Source: Thermoplasmata archaeon
Lineage (GTDB): Archaea > Thermoplasmatota > Thermoplasmata > Lutacidiplasmatales > UBA184
Direction of reading: 5' to 3'
Length of the DNA stretch: 38,225 nt
Assembly (NCBI GenBank): GCA_030043865.1
Contig: JASHWZ010000177.1
Location: 1 to 38,225, forward strand
Made by a program: the position numbers and the translations under genes. The notes under the pieces were generated by a model. It made no database searches, was not told the origin of the DNA, and worked only from the letters and a program-made list of their open reading frames with translations. Shown here in pieces: positions 1 through 8,420 of this stretch. Every line of letters starts with the position of its first letter. Position 1 is the stretch's first letter.

Positions 1-42
1 CCTATTTGAAGAGCGGGCGGCCGCCCGTCCCGGCCGAGGGGT

Positions 43-315
43 TCAGCCGATCCCTACGGTGACGAGGGTCTCCGTCGACTTGAGCCCTGGGATCCGCCGG
101 ATCTTGTGCACGACGGTGTCGAGCGCCTCGTTGATGTGCGGTGCCTGGACCTTGACGATTAGGTCGAACGGACCCGTGACCGCCTGGACCTCGGCCACCC
201 CGGGCACTGCCTTCATCCGTCGCAGCACGTCGTCGAGCTTGCCGACCTCGACCTCGACGAGCAGGAAGAGCGTCTCCACGCGTCGGCCCTCGACGCGGCA
301 CGGCCGGAGGCGCAC
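43..315 (-). CDS. Stand-alone Lrp/AsnC-type ligand-binding (RAM) domain protein, no HTH
   Basis: GTG start at 315, alternative GTG at 279. VETLFLLVEVEVGKLDDVLRRMKAVPGVAEVQAVTGPFDLIVKVQAPHINEALDTVVHKIRRIPGLKSTETLV fits the AsnC/Lrp C-terminal domain pattern (TG.yDl.vkv ... I..ipGv..t.T). Too short to carry an HTH. Confidence 0.6.
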   Translation of the reverse strand: MRLRPCRVEGRRVETLFLLVEVEVGKLDDVLRRMKAVPGVAEVQAVTGPFDLIVKVQAPHINEALDTVVHKIRRIPGLKSTETLVTVGIG

Positions 316-413
316 TTCAAGTTGGCGAGCGCTGGCCCGAACGGTGCCTCCGGTGGCGGGGGGATGGCACCGTCCAAACCGTTATGGCCCGTTGGCGGCC
401 GCTCCTCCGGACC

Positions 414-1628
414 ATGGACCTCGTCCTCCGGGACACGCTCTCCGGCACGCTCAAGCCCGTGCGACGGAGGCGCGGCCGGCCGCTGAGGCTCTACGTTTGT
501 GGGCCGACGGTCTACGACGTTGCCCACGTCGGGCACGCGCGCACGTACCTGTTCTTCGACGTGGCGCGACGGTTCCTCGAGAGCGAGGGCGTCCCGGTGC
601 GCCACGTCATGAACATCACCGATTTCGAGGACAAGCTCGACGCCCGCGCGGCGGAGCTCGGCATCCCGTGGCGCACGCTCGCCCGACGCGAAGAACGGGC
701 GTTCCTCCGAGATCTGCGCTCGCTCCACGTCCGCCTCCCCCACTACCGCCCACGCGCTACGGATTTCGTCCCCCGGATGGTGGCCGCGGCCCGGGCGCTC
801 GAGCGGACCGGCCGGGTCCGGCGGGACGGCAACGAGTGGATCTATACTCCACCGAAGCGAGGGGCCCGGGAGAATTTCCCGACCGACCGGCAACTCGCGG
901 CGCACGCAGTCCCCGAGCCCGGCCATCCGTTCCCGAGCTCCCAAGGCCGTGCCGGCGAGTTCATGGTCTGGCGCCTCCAAGACCCGCCTAAACCGTCCTG
1001 GCCGAGCCCCTGGGGCCGGGGGATCCCCGGTTGGCACCTCGAATGCTTCGTGATGGCCGACCGCCTCCTCGGCATTCCGGTCGACCTGCACGGCGGCGGC
1101 GTCGACCTGATCTATCCGCACCACTACGGCGAGAACGAAGAGGCGCTCGAGCTGCGCGGCGCCCCATTCTCGCGCGTGTTCTTCCACACCGGGTTCGTCG
1201 TCATCGGGGGGTCGAAGATGTCCAAGTCGAGTGGAGTGCTCGTGCCGATCCGCACCGCGCTCGACGAGGTCGGACCGGACGCGCTCCGCTGGTACCTCCT
1301 CTCGGTCAACTCCGCGCGGCGTCTCCCCTGGGACCTCGACGACCTCCATCGCGCCGCCGACGAGTTCACGGCGGTCCGCGCCGCGATCGGCCGCTGGATC
1401 CAGCCCGACCGACCCGGCGAGGATCCGCCGCAGCTCGCGCGCCGGCTCGCCGAAGGGGTCCGACACGACCTCGCGCGCGGTCTCGCGACGGACCGAGCGT
1501 GGGCCCGGCTCCGGAACTGGGCGGCGCGTGTCCGGGCGCGACGCTCGGGCGTGCGCAAGGACGGCCAGGACGCGGCCCGCGCCGCGATCCGGTCGATCGA
1601 GGAACGGACGGGGCTCGAGCTGCTCTAG
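414..1628 (+). CDS. cysS: Cysteinyl-tRNA synthetase
   Basis: Class I aaRS motifs HVGH (HIGH) and KMSKS. CGPTVYD, NITDFEDK, PGWHLEC and HGGGVDLIYPHH..ENE resemble CysRS zinc and active-site blocks. ATG 414 (MDLVLRDTL) is preferred over ATG 384. About 405 aa, shorter than typical CysRS. Confidence 0.85.
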   Translation: MDLVLRDTLSGTLKPVRRRRGRPLRLYVCGPTVYDVAHVGHARTYLFFDVARRFLESEGVPVRHVMNITDFEDKLDARAAELGIPWRTLARREERAFLRDLRSLHVRLPHYRPRATDFVPRMVAAARALERTGRVRRDGNEWIYTPPKRGARENFPTDRQLAAHAVPEPGHPFPSSQGRAGEFMVWRLQDPPKPSWPSPWGRGIPGWHLECFVMADRLLGIPVDLHGGGVDLIYPHHYGENEEALELRGAPFSRVFFHTGFVVIGGSKMSKSSGVLVPIRTALDEVGPDALRWYLLSVNSARRLPWDLDDLHRAADEFTAVRAAIGRWIQPDRPGEDPPQLARRLAEGVRHDLARGLATDRAWARLRNWAARVRARRSGVRKDGQDAARAAIRSIEERTGLELL

Positions 1629-2830
1629 ACCCCGCGGCGGTCGACCACGAGGCTGAGCCCGTTGCCCCCGCCCATGCAGAGGGTGGCGAGCCCGAGGCGC
1701 TTCTGGGAGCGTACGAGCTCCTGGACCAGCGTGACGACGATCCGCGCCCCGCTCGCCCCGATCGGGTGACCGAGCGCGACCGCGCCGCCGTGGACGTTGA
1801 ACTGCTCCTCCGTGAACCCGAACTCCCGCTGCACGGCGATCGACGCCGAGGCGTACGCCTCGTTGTGCTCGACGCGGTCGAAGTCCGACGGCCGAAGCCC
1901 GGTCGCCGCGAGATGCTTCTTCACCGTGGGGATCGGCGACTCCATGACGTCCCGGGGGTGCACGCCGCTCTCCGCCCCTGAGTGCACCCAGGCGATCGGC
2001 TTCTCCCCGTGCTCGCGGACCTCCCGCGCGCTCGCGAGCACGAGCGCCGCCGCGCCGTCGGAGAGTTTCGAGGAATTCCCGGCCGTCAGGACCCCGTCGG
2101 GCGCGAACACCGGCGGCAGCTTCGCGAGCTTCTCGAGCGTCGTGTCCGCCCGGGGGGCCTCGTCCCGCAGCAGGGGGTTCCCCGAGAGGGTCCACTCCTT
2201 CGGGACCGGAACGATCTCGGAGTCGAACGTGCCGGCCGCGCTCGCGGCGGACGCCCGGAGATGACTCCGTAGCCCGAACGCGTCGACCTCCCCGCGGGTC
2301 AGCCCCAACTTCTTCGCGATGCGCTCGCCGGTGAGGCCCATGATCTCGTGATCGTCGTAGGCGTCGATCAGCGCGTCGCGCTGCATGCCGTCATCGAGAG
2401 TGTGGGGCCCGGGCAGGCTGCCCCACCGCAGCTGGCCGTCAACGAGGTACGGCGCCCGAGACATGCTCTCCATCGCCCCGACGACGACGCGGTCGAACTC
2501 GCCCGCCCGGATCGCCGTGAAGCCCCACTGGATCGCCTTCATGCCGGACCCGCACACCATGTTGACGGTCGCCGCGCCGACCGAATCCGGGACGCCCGCC
2601 CCCCGCAGCACCTGCCGCGCCGGGTTCTGCCCGGCCCCCGCCTGGATCGCCTGCCCGAACAGCACCTCCTCGACCTGGTCCGGACGCCAGCCGGCGCGCG
2701 CGATCGCCTCGGTCGCGGCGAGCGTGCCGAGCTGCGTGGCGGGGACGTTCCGGAGGGCACCACCGTACCGTCCGATCGGGGTACGGACGGCCGAGAGGAT
2801 GGCAACGGACCCGGCCTGGGAGGAGGACAT
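1625..2830 (-). CDS. Acetyl-CoA C-acetyltransferase (thiolase II type)
   Basis: ATG at 2830 (MSSSQAGSVAILSAVRTPIGRYGG). Thiolase blocks NMVCGSGMKA (active Cys), GNSSKLSDGAAA, HNEAYA, GGAVALGHPIGASGARI, CMGGGNG. The longer ORF-track start at 2893 is not needed. Confidence 0.9.
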   Translation of the reverse strand: MSSSQAGSVAILSAVRTPIGRYGGALRNVPATQLGTLAATEAIARAGWRPDQVEEVLFGQAIQAGAGQNPARQVLRGAGVPDSVGAATVNMVCGSGMKAIQWGFTAIRAGEFDRVVVGAMESMSRAPYLVDGQLRWGSLPGPHTLDDGMQRDALIDAYDDHEIMGLTGERIAKKLGLTRGEVDAFGLRSHLRASAASAAGTFDSEIVPVPKEWTLSGNPLLRDEAPRADTTLEKLAKLPPVFAPDGVLTAGNSSKLSDGAAALVLASAREVREHGEKPIAWVHSGAESGVHPRDVMESPIPTVKKHLAATGLRPSDFDRVEHNEAYASASIAVQREFGFTEEQFNVHGGAVALGHPIGASGARIVVTLVQELVRSQKRLGLATLCMGGGNGLSLVVDRRGV

Positions 2831-2910
2831 GGTGTACCGACCGAGGCCCGGATTATGAGTTTGGCGGGAAAATGTGCCCGGGGGTCCGCCCACCGATCCG
2901 CCGCTCGGGG

Positions 2911-3477
2911 TCAGGGGTTCGAGGGCGGGCGTTGGAGCGCGGTGAGCAGATCGTCGAACTCATGCGCGCCGACGTGCATCCGGCCGTTGACGAAGAGCGT
3001 GGGCGCTTGGACGACCCCGGCCTCGATGCCGCTCTCCACGTCCTCGTCGACCCTTCGGGCCGCCTCGCCGCTGCGCAGGTCCCGGTCGAAGACGTCCAGG
3101 TCGAGCGGGAGCTCGCGCGCGAGCTTCCGATAGAGCGCTTCGCCGAGCTCGCTCTGGTGCTCGAAGAGCCGATCGTGCATCAACCAGAACTTTCCCTGCT
3201 CCTCGGCCGCTTCCGCGACCTCCGCGGCCCGCCGCGCCTCGGGGAACCGTTGCGCGTCCGGAAAGCTGCGGAACGCGATGCACAGGTCGTCCTCGAGTTC
3301 GCGGGAGAGGTCGCCGAGCGTGTCGACGAGGTCGCGACACCGTTCGCTCGCGAAGTCCCCGTACTCGACCAGGGCATAGCGGGCACCGATCGGGCCCCGA
3401 TGATGGTCGCGGTCCTCGATCGGGAGCACGAGCCCCGCCGGTTCGATCTCGTCGGACGGTCGGTTCCCGCGCGCCAT
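2911..3477 (-). CDS. DsbA/thioredoxin-fold (Thioredoxin_4-like) protein with degenerate SxxC motif
   Basis: ALVEYGDFASERC..., QGKFWLMHDRLFEHQ and GVVQAPTLFVNGRMHVG fit the DsbA-like family pattern. ATG 3477 is preferred because the 3582 start would overlap the PCNA 3-prime end. Confidence 0.65.
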   Translation of the reverse strand: MARGNRPSDEIEPAGLVLPIEDRDHHRGPIGARYALVEYGDFASERCRDLVDTLGDLSRELEDDLCIAFRSFPDAQRFPEARRAAEVAEAAEEQGKFWLMHDRLFEHQSELGEALYRKLARELPLDLDVFDRDLRSGEAARRVDEDVESGIEAGVVQAPTLFVNGRMHVGAHEFDDLLTALQRPPSNP

Positions 3478-3529
3478 GCGTTCGTCCCCGATCCGCTCGA
3501 CGTCTCTCGTGCCGGGGTCGAACGGCGCG

Positions 3530-4261
3530 TCAGTCCTCTTCGACGCGGGGCGCGAGGAGGTAGCGGCCCTCTCCCCGGCCACCGCTCATCGTGAACTCGA
3601 CCTTGAGCGGGTACTCGTTCCCGACGTGGAGCGTGGTGTCCTCGGAGGAGATCGACTTCACCATCGCCGAAAAGAAGTCGAGCGGGTACATGCTCTTCAC
3701 CGGTTCCTTCACGTCGAGCTTGGTGAGGTTCTCCTTCGCGATCCGAAGGTCGAGCTGGTCGGTCTCACCCTCGGAGTGCATGGTGAACGCCGCCGGGTCG
3801 AGCGTGAGCGTGACGTGGTCGGTGAAGCTCTCGCTCCCCCGGATCCCTTGGCGCAGGTCCTCGGTCTTCACGGTCACGCTGGCGGGTGGGTTGACGTTCG
3901 GCACCTTGGGGTCGGTGATGCCCGCCGGGTCGACCACCGCCATCTGCCGCGTGACGCGGCCGAGCGAGGCGACGAGCCGGTTCTTGCCGTCGAACTGGAA
4001 GTCGATGACGTCGCCGGGCTTCGAGAGGCGCAGCACCTCCTTCAGCTTCTCGATGTCGACACCGAGCTCCGTCGGTTCTCCGGTGAACTCCTCGAACACC
4101 GCCTTGTGGAGCTTCAGCACAAGCATCGCGACGTGCGACGGGTCGACCGCCTTCGCTTCGAGCCCGTCCTTGGAAATGGAGAGCTTGACCTCGCTCACGA
4201 GCGTCGAGACGACCTCGACGACCTCGCGAAGGTTCTCCATTTTCATCCGGAGTTTGAACAT
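3530..4261 (-). CDS. pcn: DNA polymerase sliding clamp (PCNA)
   Basis: 243 aa. MFKLRMKMENLREVVEVVSTLVSEVKLSISKDGLEAKAVDPSHVAMLVLKL... YPLKVEF ... LAPRVEED has the typical archaeal PCNA length and blocks. A TATA-like element lies about 35 nt upstream. Confidence 0.9.
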   Translation of the reverse strand: MFKLRMKMENLREVVEVVSTLVSEVKLSISKDGLEAKAVDPSHVAMLVLKLHKAVFEEFTGEPTELGVDIEKLKEVLRLSKPGDVIDFQFDGKNRLVASLGRVTRQMAVVDPAGITDPKVPNVNPPASVTVKTEDLRQGIRGSESFTDHVTLTLDPAAFTMHSEGETDQLDLRIAKENLTKLDVKEPVKSMYPLDFFSAMVKSISSEDTTLHVGNEYPLKVEFTMSGGRGEGRYLLAPRVEED

Positions 4262-4295
4262 CCGTAAGCCTCGGCGCGCAGCACATCGGCCCCCT

Positions 4296-4304
4296 CTAAA
4301 AAGC
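4296..4304 (-). promoter_or_regulatory. TATA-like element for pcn
   Basis: Minus-strand CTTTTTAGA lies ~35 nt before ATG 4261 in the pcn/alaX divergent spacer. Confidence 0.45.
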
Positions 4305-4362
4305 CTTCTGGAGTTGCCGGGAGGAGCAACGCGTTTCCCTACCGGAGTCTCCGTTCTCCGGC

Positions 4363-5121
4363 GTGACCGAGCTCGCGTACCTGTCCGACCTTCCGTCCGC
4401 GTACGTCCGCGAGTTCCGGGCGCGGGTCACCGCCCTCCCGCCGGGGGCGCTCGTGCTCGACCGGACCTACTTCTATCCGACCGGTGGGGGCCAGCCCGCG
4501 GACCGTGGCGTCCTCCGGTTCGAGGGGGGTCGGCCGCTGGAGGTCACCGACGTCACGAAATCGGGGCCGGCGGTCCTGCACCGGGTTCGGGGAGCGGCCC
4601 CGGAGCTCCGCCGGCTCGAGGTCGGCGCCGAGGTCGAGGGGGCGATCGATTGGGACCGTCGTCATCGGCACATGCGGCTCCACACCGCGCAGCATTACGC
4701 GAGCGCGCGGATCTTCGCCCGCTCGGGGCTGCGGACTCGGCGGGCGAACCTCGCGGGCGCCGGGGCGACGATCGACCTCGAGGGGCCTCTCCCGGCGGAG
4801 CTGTTGGCTCCGCTCGAGGACGACCTGCGCGACGTGGTCGCTCGGCCCCAGCCGGTGTCGATCCGCATGGTCCCCCGTGCGGAGTGGGACGCACATCCGG
4901 CGGCGGGGCGCTCGGGCCTGGTGCCGCTCCCGCCGCAGGTCGACCCGGTCCGGGTGGTCGAGATCGACGCGTCGGACGTTTGCCCGTGCGGCGGGACGCA
5001 CGTACGCTCGACCGGGGAGATCGGGCAGCTTCGGTGGCTCCCCCTGGTGCCGCTCTCGAGCGGCGCGAGCCGCGTCGCGTTCACCCTGGTCGACTCCGCT
5101 CCGACCACTCCTTCCGCGTGA
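4363..5121 (+). CDS. alaX: Alanyl-tRNA editing protein AlaX (tRNA_SAD domain)
   Basis: GTG start. FYPTGGGQPADRG, zinc motifs HMRLHTAQH (HxxxH) and CPCGGTH (CxxxH) are typical of AlaX/AlaRS editing domains. Confidence 0.8.
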   Translation: MTELAYLSDLPSAYVREFRARVTALPPGALVLDRTYFYPTGGGQPADRGVLRFEGGRPLEVTDVTKSGPAVLHRVRGAAPELRRLEVGAEVEGAIDWDRRHRHMRLHTAQHYASARIFARSGLRTRRANLAGAGATIDLEGPLPAELLAPLEDDLRDVVARPQPVSIRMVPRAEWDAHPAAGRSGLVPLPPQVDPVRVVEIDASDVCPCGGTHVRSTGEIGQLRWLPLVPLSSGASRVAFTLVDSAPTTPSA

Positions 5122-5632
5122 CGCCGTAGACGTAGATGTCGTGCCAGCGGCCATGGTGGAACAGCGCAGAGCGTAGCGTCCCCTCGCGGCGAAAGCCGAG
5201 TCCCTCGACGAGACGATACGAAGGAACGTTCTCGACATCGCACGTCGCCCCGACGCGGTCGACCGACGTCGTGGCGAACACGTGGCCGACTAGGAGCCCG
5301 ACCGCCTCCCGGCCGTACCCCTTCCCGCGGGCGGCTCGGTCCCCGAGGACGTACCAAACGTCCACGTATTCGAGCACCGGATGGGCGACGTAGTGGCCGA
5401 CGAAGCCGATCGGCCCGGGCGTCTCCCGACGCTCGAGCACGAATCGGGGAGCGAGCGACGCGGGGTCGGCCGCCGCGCTCTCGACCGACGCGACGAAGCT
5501 GTCCAGCGTGTCGACGCTGAAGCGGTCGTACGGGGCGACGACCTCGGGGTCGTTGTACCATCCGAAGACGGTCGGGTAGTCGGCGGGGACCAACGGTCGC
5601 AGGCGGACCGACGGGCCCTCGAGCACCGACAT
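5081..5632 (-). CDS. GNAT family N-acetyltransferase (RimJ/RimL-like)
   Basis: VRLRPLVPADYPTVFGWYNDPEV..., RGKGYGREAV (acetyl-CoA loop) and VENVPSYRLVEGLGFRREG. The 3-prime end overlaps alaX convergently by 41 nt. Confidence 0.8.
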   Translation of the reverse strand: MSVLEGPSVRLRPLVPADYPTVFGWYNDPEVVAPYDRFSVDTLDSFVASVESAAADPASLAPRFVLERRETPGPIGFVGHYVAHPVLEYVDVWYVLGDRAARGKGYGREAVGLLVGHVFATTSVDRVGATCDVENVPSYRLVEGLGFRREGTLRSALFHHGRWHDIYVYGVTRKEWSERSRPG

Positions 5633-5640
5633 CGCCCGAC

Positions 5641-6024
5641 CTAGGCGTCTTGGCCCCGCTCCCGTCGGCCGCGCGGGCTGGGGGCGGTCGACGCGATCTC
5701 GTCCCCGTCGTCGGGGATCGCCGCGTCGCCGGCCTCCTCGTGCAGCTGCTCGAGCGCCTTACGATGCCCGCTCGGAGTGAGCGAGAACACGTGCTTCGGC
5801 TCGGAGTACCCGACGACGTACTGCGTTCGACGCAGCACCATCCGCGACATCTCGAGCGACCGCAGCGCATTCTTGAGGGCCGCTGGGTCCTCCGAGGAGA
5901 ATTTCCGCGCGATGCCGAACTCCGTCGTCCACTGGTCCGCCTCGAAGCGGATCTGCTGGCCCCGATGCTCGAGCAGATGGAGGAGGAGCGAGCGCTCCAG
6001 CCGGTCCAGATCCTGCTGCGGCAT
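5641..6024 (-). CDS. Hypothetical winged-helix-like small protein with charged C-terminal tail
   Basis: 127 aa, high GC3. LLLHLLEHRGQQIRF...FGIARKF...ALRSLEMSRMVLRR...VFSLTPSGHRKALEQL looks like a MarR/PadR-style wHTH. Lies 8 nt upstream of the GNAT gene. Confidence 0.4.
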   Translation of the reverse strand: MPQQDLDRLERSLLLHLLEHRGQQIRFEADQWTTEFGIARKFSSEDPAALKNALRSLEMSRMVLRRTQYVVGYSEPKHVFSLTPSGHRKALEQLHEEAGDAAIPDDGDEIASTAPSPRGRRERGQDA

Positions 6025-6040
6025 CGACCTCAGGAACGGC

Positions 6041-6265
6041 TCACGAGATCGTCGTGATCTCGTAGTTAACGTCGAGCCCCTTCAATCGCGAATGCATCTC
6101 CGCCACGAGCCGGATCACGTTGTCCAGCGCGGCCTTCTCCTTCCATTTGTAGACGAAATCGTGCATCCCCATCGACTCCTCGAAGCCGAGCTGCCGCATG
6201 ACGTCCATCACCTTCAGCGGGTCCGCGCCCTCGGAGTGGAAGGTCATTCGGACGTAGGTACGCAT
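6041..6265 (-). CDS. Hypothetical small protein (74 aa), no recognised family
   Basis: ATG at 6265, alternative ATG at 6247. Globular-looking sequence MTFHSEGADPLKVMDVMRQLGFEESMGMHDFVYKWKEKAALDNVIRLVAEMHSRLKGLDVNYEITTIS. Only 16 nt upstream of the wHTH gene. Confidence 0.5.
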   Translation of the reverse strand: MRTYVRMTFHSEGADPLKVMDVMRQLGFEESMGMHDFVYKWKEKAALDNVIRLVAEMHSRLKGLDVNYEITTIS

Positions 6266-6327
6266 CGCATCGTGCGCGAAGGAGCAGTTCCCCGCGCGAT
6301 TGGCCTTCGTGTTTAGGCGGCCGTTCG

Positions 6328-6337
6328 TTTATATATG
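6328..6337 (+). promoter_or_regulatory. TATA box for the epimerase gene (leaderless geometry)
   Basis: TTTATATATG in an otherwise GC-rich divergent spacer, 26 nt before ATG 6364. Confidence 0.6.
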
Positions 6338-6363
6338 CTTCCCTAACTCGACTCCGCCTCGAG

Positions 6364-7329
6364 ATGAACGGGACGTCGCACGAGGGTCCGGTGGTCGTCA
6401 CCGGCGGCGCCGGAGCGATCGGCTCCTATCTGGTGCGGGAGTTGCTCGCCGCGGGCCGCGAGGTGCGCGTCGTCGACAATCTCTCGGGCGGTCGGCGCGC
6501 GCATCTTCCGCCGGACGGTACCGAGGGGCTCTCGTTCATCGTTGCCGACCTCAAGGAGCCCGCGCGCTACGCTTCCGCCTTCGATGGCGCGGCCGAGCTC
6601 TGGCACTTCGCGGCCAACACGGACATCCGCAAGGGCTCGAAAGACCCGAAGCTCGACTTCGAGGATGGGGCCGTGGGTACGTACGTGGTTCTCGAGGAGG
6701 CGCGCCGCCACGATGTGGGGCGGGCGGTGTACGCGTCGTCCAGCGTGGTCTACGGTTTCCCGTCCGTCTTTCCGACGCCCGAGGAGTACGGGCCGCTCGA
6801 GCCGCAGTCGCCGTATGCGGCCGCGAAGCTGGCGGGAGAGGCGCTGTTCTCGGCGTACGCCTACACGCACGGCCTTCGGTCGTATCTCTTCCGCTTCGCG
6901 AACATCATCGGACCGAACATGACGCACGGCGTCCTCTTCGACTTTTTCGAGAAACTGCGCGCCGACCCGTCGCGGCTCGAAGTCCTGGGCGACGGCCGGC
7001 AGTCGAAGAGCTATCTCCGGACGGAGGACTGCATCGCGGCCATGCGGCTCGCCGTCGAGCGGTGCGACCGGCCCGTGAACCTGTTCAACCTCGGCACCGC
7101 CGACCGAACGCCGGTCCGCGAGATCGCCGAGAAGGTGGTCGCCGCCCACGGCGGCACCGCGCGCATCGAGTTCACGGGAGGGAGTCAGGGCTGGGTTGGG
7201 GACGTGCCGCAGCAGTTGCTCGCGATCGACCGGATCCTCGCGCTCGGCTGGCGGCCTCGCTGGTCGAGCGGCGAGGCGATCGACCGGACGATCGCCGACA
7301 TGATCGCCGAGCGACGCGCGGGCGCCTAG
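6364..7329 (+). CDS. NAD-dependent sugar-nucleotide epimerase/dehydratase (SDR)
   Basis: VVVTGGAGAIGSYL Rossmann motif and YAAAKLAGE (YxxxK). 321 aa. A strong TATA box lies 27 nt upstream of the ATG. Confidence 0.85.
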   Translation: MNGTSHEGPVVVTGGAGAIGSYLVRELLAAGREVRVVDNLSGGRRAHLPPDGTEGLSFIVADLKEPARYASAFDGAAELWHFAANTDIRKGSKDPKLDFEDGAVGTYVVLEEARRHDVGRAVYASSSVVYGFPSVFPTPEEYGPLEPQSPYAAAKLAGEALFSAYAYTHGLRSYLFRFANIIGPNMTHGVLFDFFEKLRADPSRLEVLGDGRQSKSYLRTEDCIAAMRLAVERCDRPVNLFNLGTADRTPVREIAEKVVAAHGGTARIEFTGGSQGWVGDVPQQLLAIDRILALGWRPRWSSGEAIDRTIADMIAERRAGA

Positions 7330-8360
7330 GCCGTCGAGTGCCCCGCGACCGCGGAGTAGACGGCGACGTACTGCTCGACCACCCGGGGCCAGGAGTAGCG
7401 GGCCTCGGCACTCGCCCGCGCCGCGTCGCCCATCTGTCGTCGGAGCTCCGGCGTGCCGGCGAGACCTCGGGCCCGATCCTGGAGCCCCTGGACGAAGCGA
7501 TGAGGATCGTCGTCGGGAACGACCCAGCCGGTCTTCCCGTCCTCTACCGCGCCCTGAACGGCCGGTCCCCCGAGGACCGGCAGTCCGGACGCGAGCCCTT
7601 GCACGACGGCGCCCGAGAGGAGCTCGACCCGACTCGGATGGACTAGGAGGTCGCTTTCCGCGAACCGACGAGCGAGCTCCTCCGGGGGCAGCTCGCCCGT
7701 GATCTCGACGGCGTCTCCCGACGCGCGAACCCGTTCGGCGTACGCGGCATCGGGCGTCGGACCGACGAGCACGAATCGGAATCCCGTCCCCCGCAGGGCG
7801 GCCGCGGCGAGCTCCCACCGCTTGAAGGGGGCGACGACCCCCACCCCGAGGGCGACCGTGCCGGACCGACGCGCCCAGTCCGGGTGGAACCGCACCGCGT
7901 CGACGCCGAACGGGATCACGGCGATCGGACGGCGCGTCGTACCCACCGCCCGTTCCATGGTGCGGGCCAGCGGTTCCGTCAAGGCGACCGGCGCGGTGGC
8001 ACGACGTACGGCCCGGCGCTCGAGCCAGTATCCCCATCGGTGGCTCCAGCGATCGCGGAAGTACCAGTGGCGGGAGTGGGAGGTGTACACGAACGGAATT
8101 CCCTTCCCCGCGAGCCGGTTCCCGACGACCGGCGAATTCGCGTGGACGACGTCGTACCGCTCCGCGCGGAGCAGCCGTGGCAGCTGCCAGGCGAACGGGT
8201 ACTCGTCGCGCATCCGTCGGTGGCGGACCTGATTGACGACCACCGCGTCGTGTCCGGACGTGCGGAGCGCGGCCACAAGGTCGGCGATGAACCGTTCCGT
8301 GCCCCCGTACCCCGTGGGGGGGATCGGTTCGACTCCCCCACCGACCAGCACGATGCGCAC
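7326..8360 (-). CDS. Glycosyltransferase family 4 (GT-B)
   Basis: GTG start. MRIVLVGGGVEPIPPTGYGGTERFIADL..., C-terminal ...SRVELLSGAVVQGLASGLPVLG...GKTGWVV has the GT4 E-x7-E-like region. Confidence 0.8.
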   Translation of the reverse strand: MRIVLVGGGVEPIPPTGYGGTERFIADLVAALRTSGHDAVVVNQVRHRRMRDEYPFAWQLPRLLRAERYDVVHANSPVVGNRLAGKGIPFVYTSHSRHWYFRDRWSHRWGYWLERRAVRRATAPVALTEPLARTMERAVGTTRRPIAVIPFGVDAVRFHPDWARRSGTVALGVGVVAPFKRWELAAAALRGTGFRFVLVGPTPDAAYAERVRASGDAVEITGELPPEELARRFAESDLLVHPSRVELLSGAVVQGLASGLPVLGGPAVQGAVEDGKTGWVVPDDDPHRFVQGLQDRARGLAGTPELRRQMGDAARASAEARYSWPRVVEQYVAVYSAVAGHSTA

Positions 8361-8420
8361 GGGTTCCCCACGGCCGCATTGAATTAAGGGCTACCGGCGT
8401 TCTCTCTCGAAGGAGCGGAC

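Noticed and set aside
213-2195. Very long ORFs (660-824 aa) overlapping known genes out of frame or antisense. Examples: 213..2195(-), 6343..8379(-), 15495..17888(-), 22860..25334(+), 30781..33105(-), 34395..36551(-).
   Set aside because: Their translations are Arg/Pro/Gly/Ala-rich low-complexity strings with no motifs. Stop codons are rare in all frames of such GC-rich DNA. Each region is already explained by a motif-bearing gene with high GC3 in another frame.
3478-3582. Longer start (3582) for the DsbA-like gene.
   Set aside because: It would overlap the PCNA coding end by 52 nt and adds a non-conserved Ser/Arg/Ala-rich head. ATG 3477 fits the family N-terminus better.
5081-5632. GNAT as a toxin of a GNAT/RHH toxin-antitoxin pair.
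   Set aside because: The sequence is RimJ/RimL-like (Acetyltransf_3 pattern), not the TacT/AtaT type, and the upstream proteins are not RHH/DUF1778-like.
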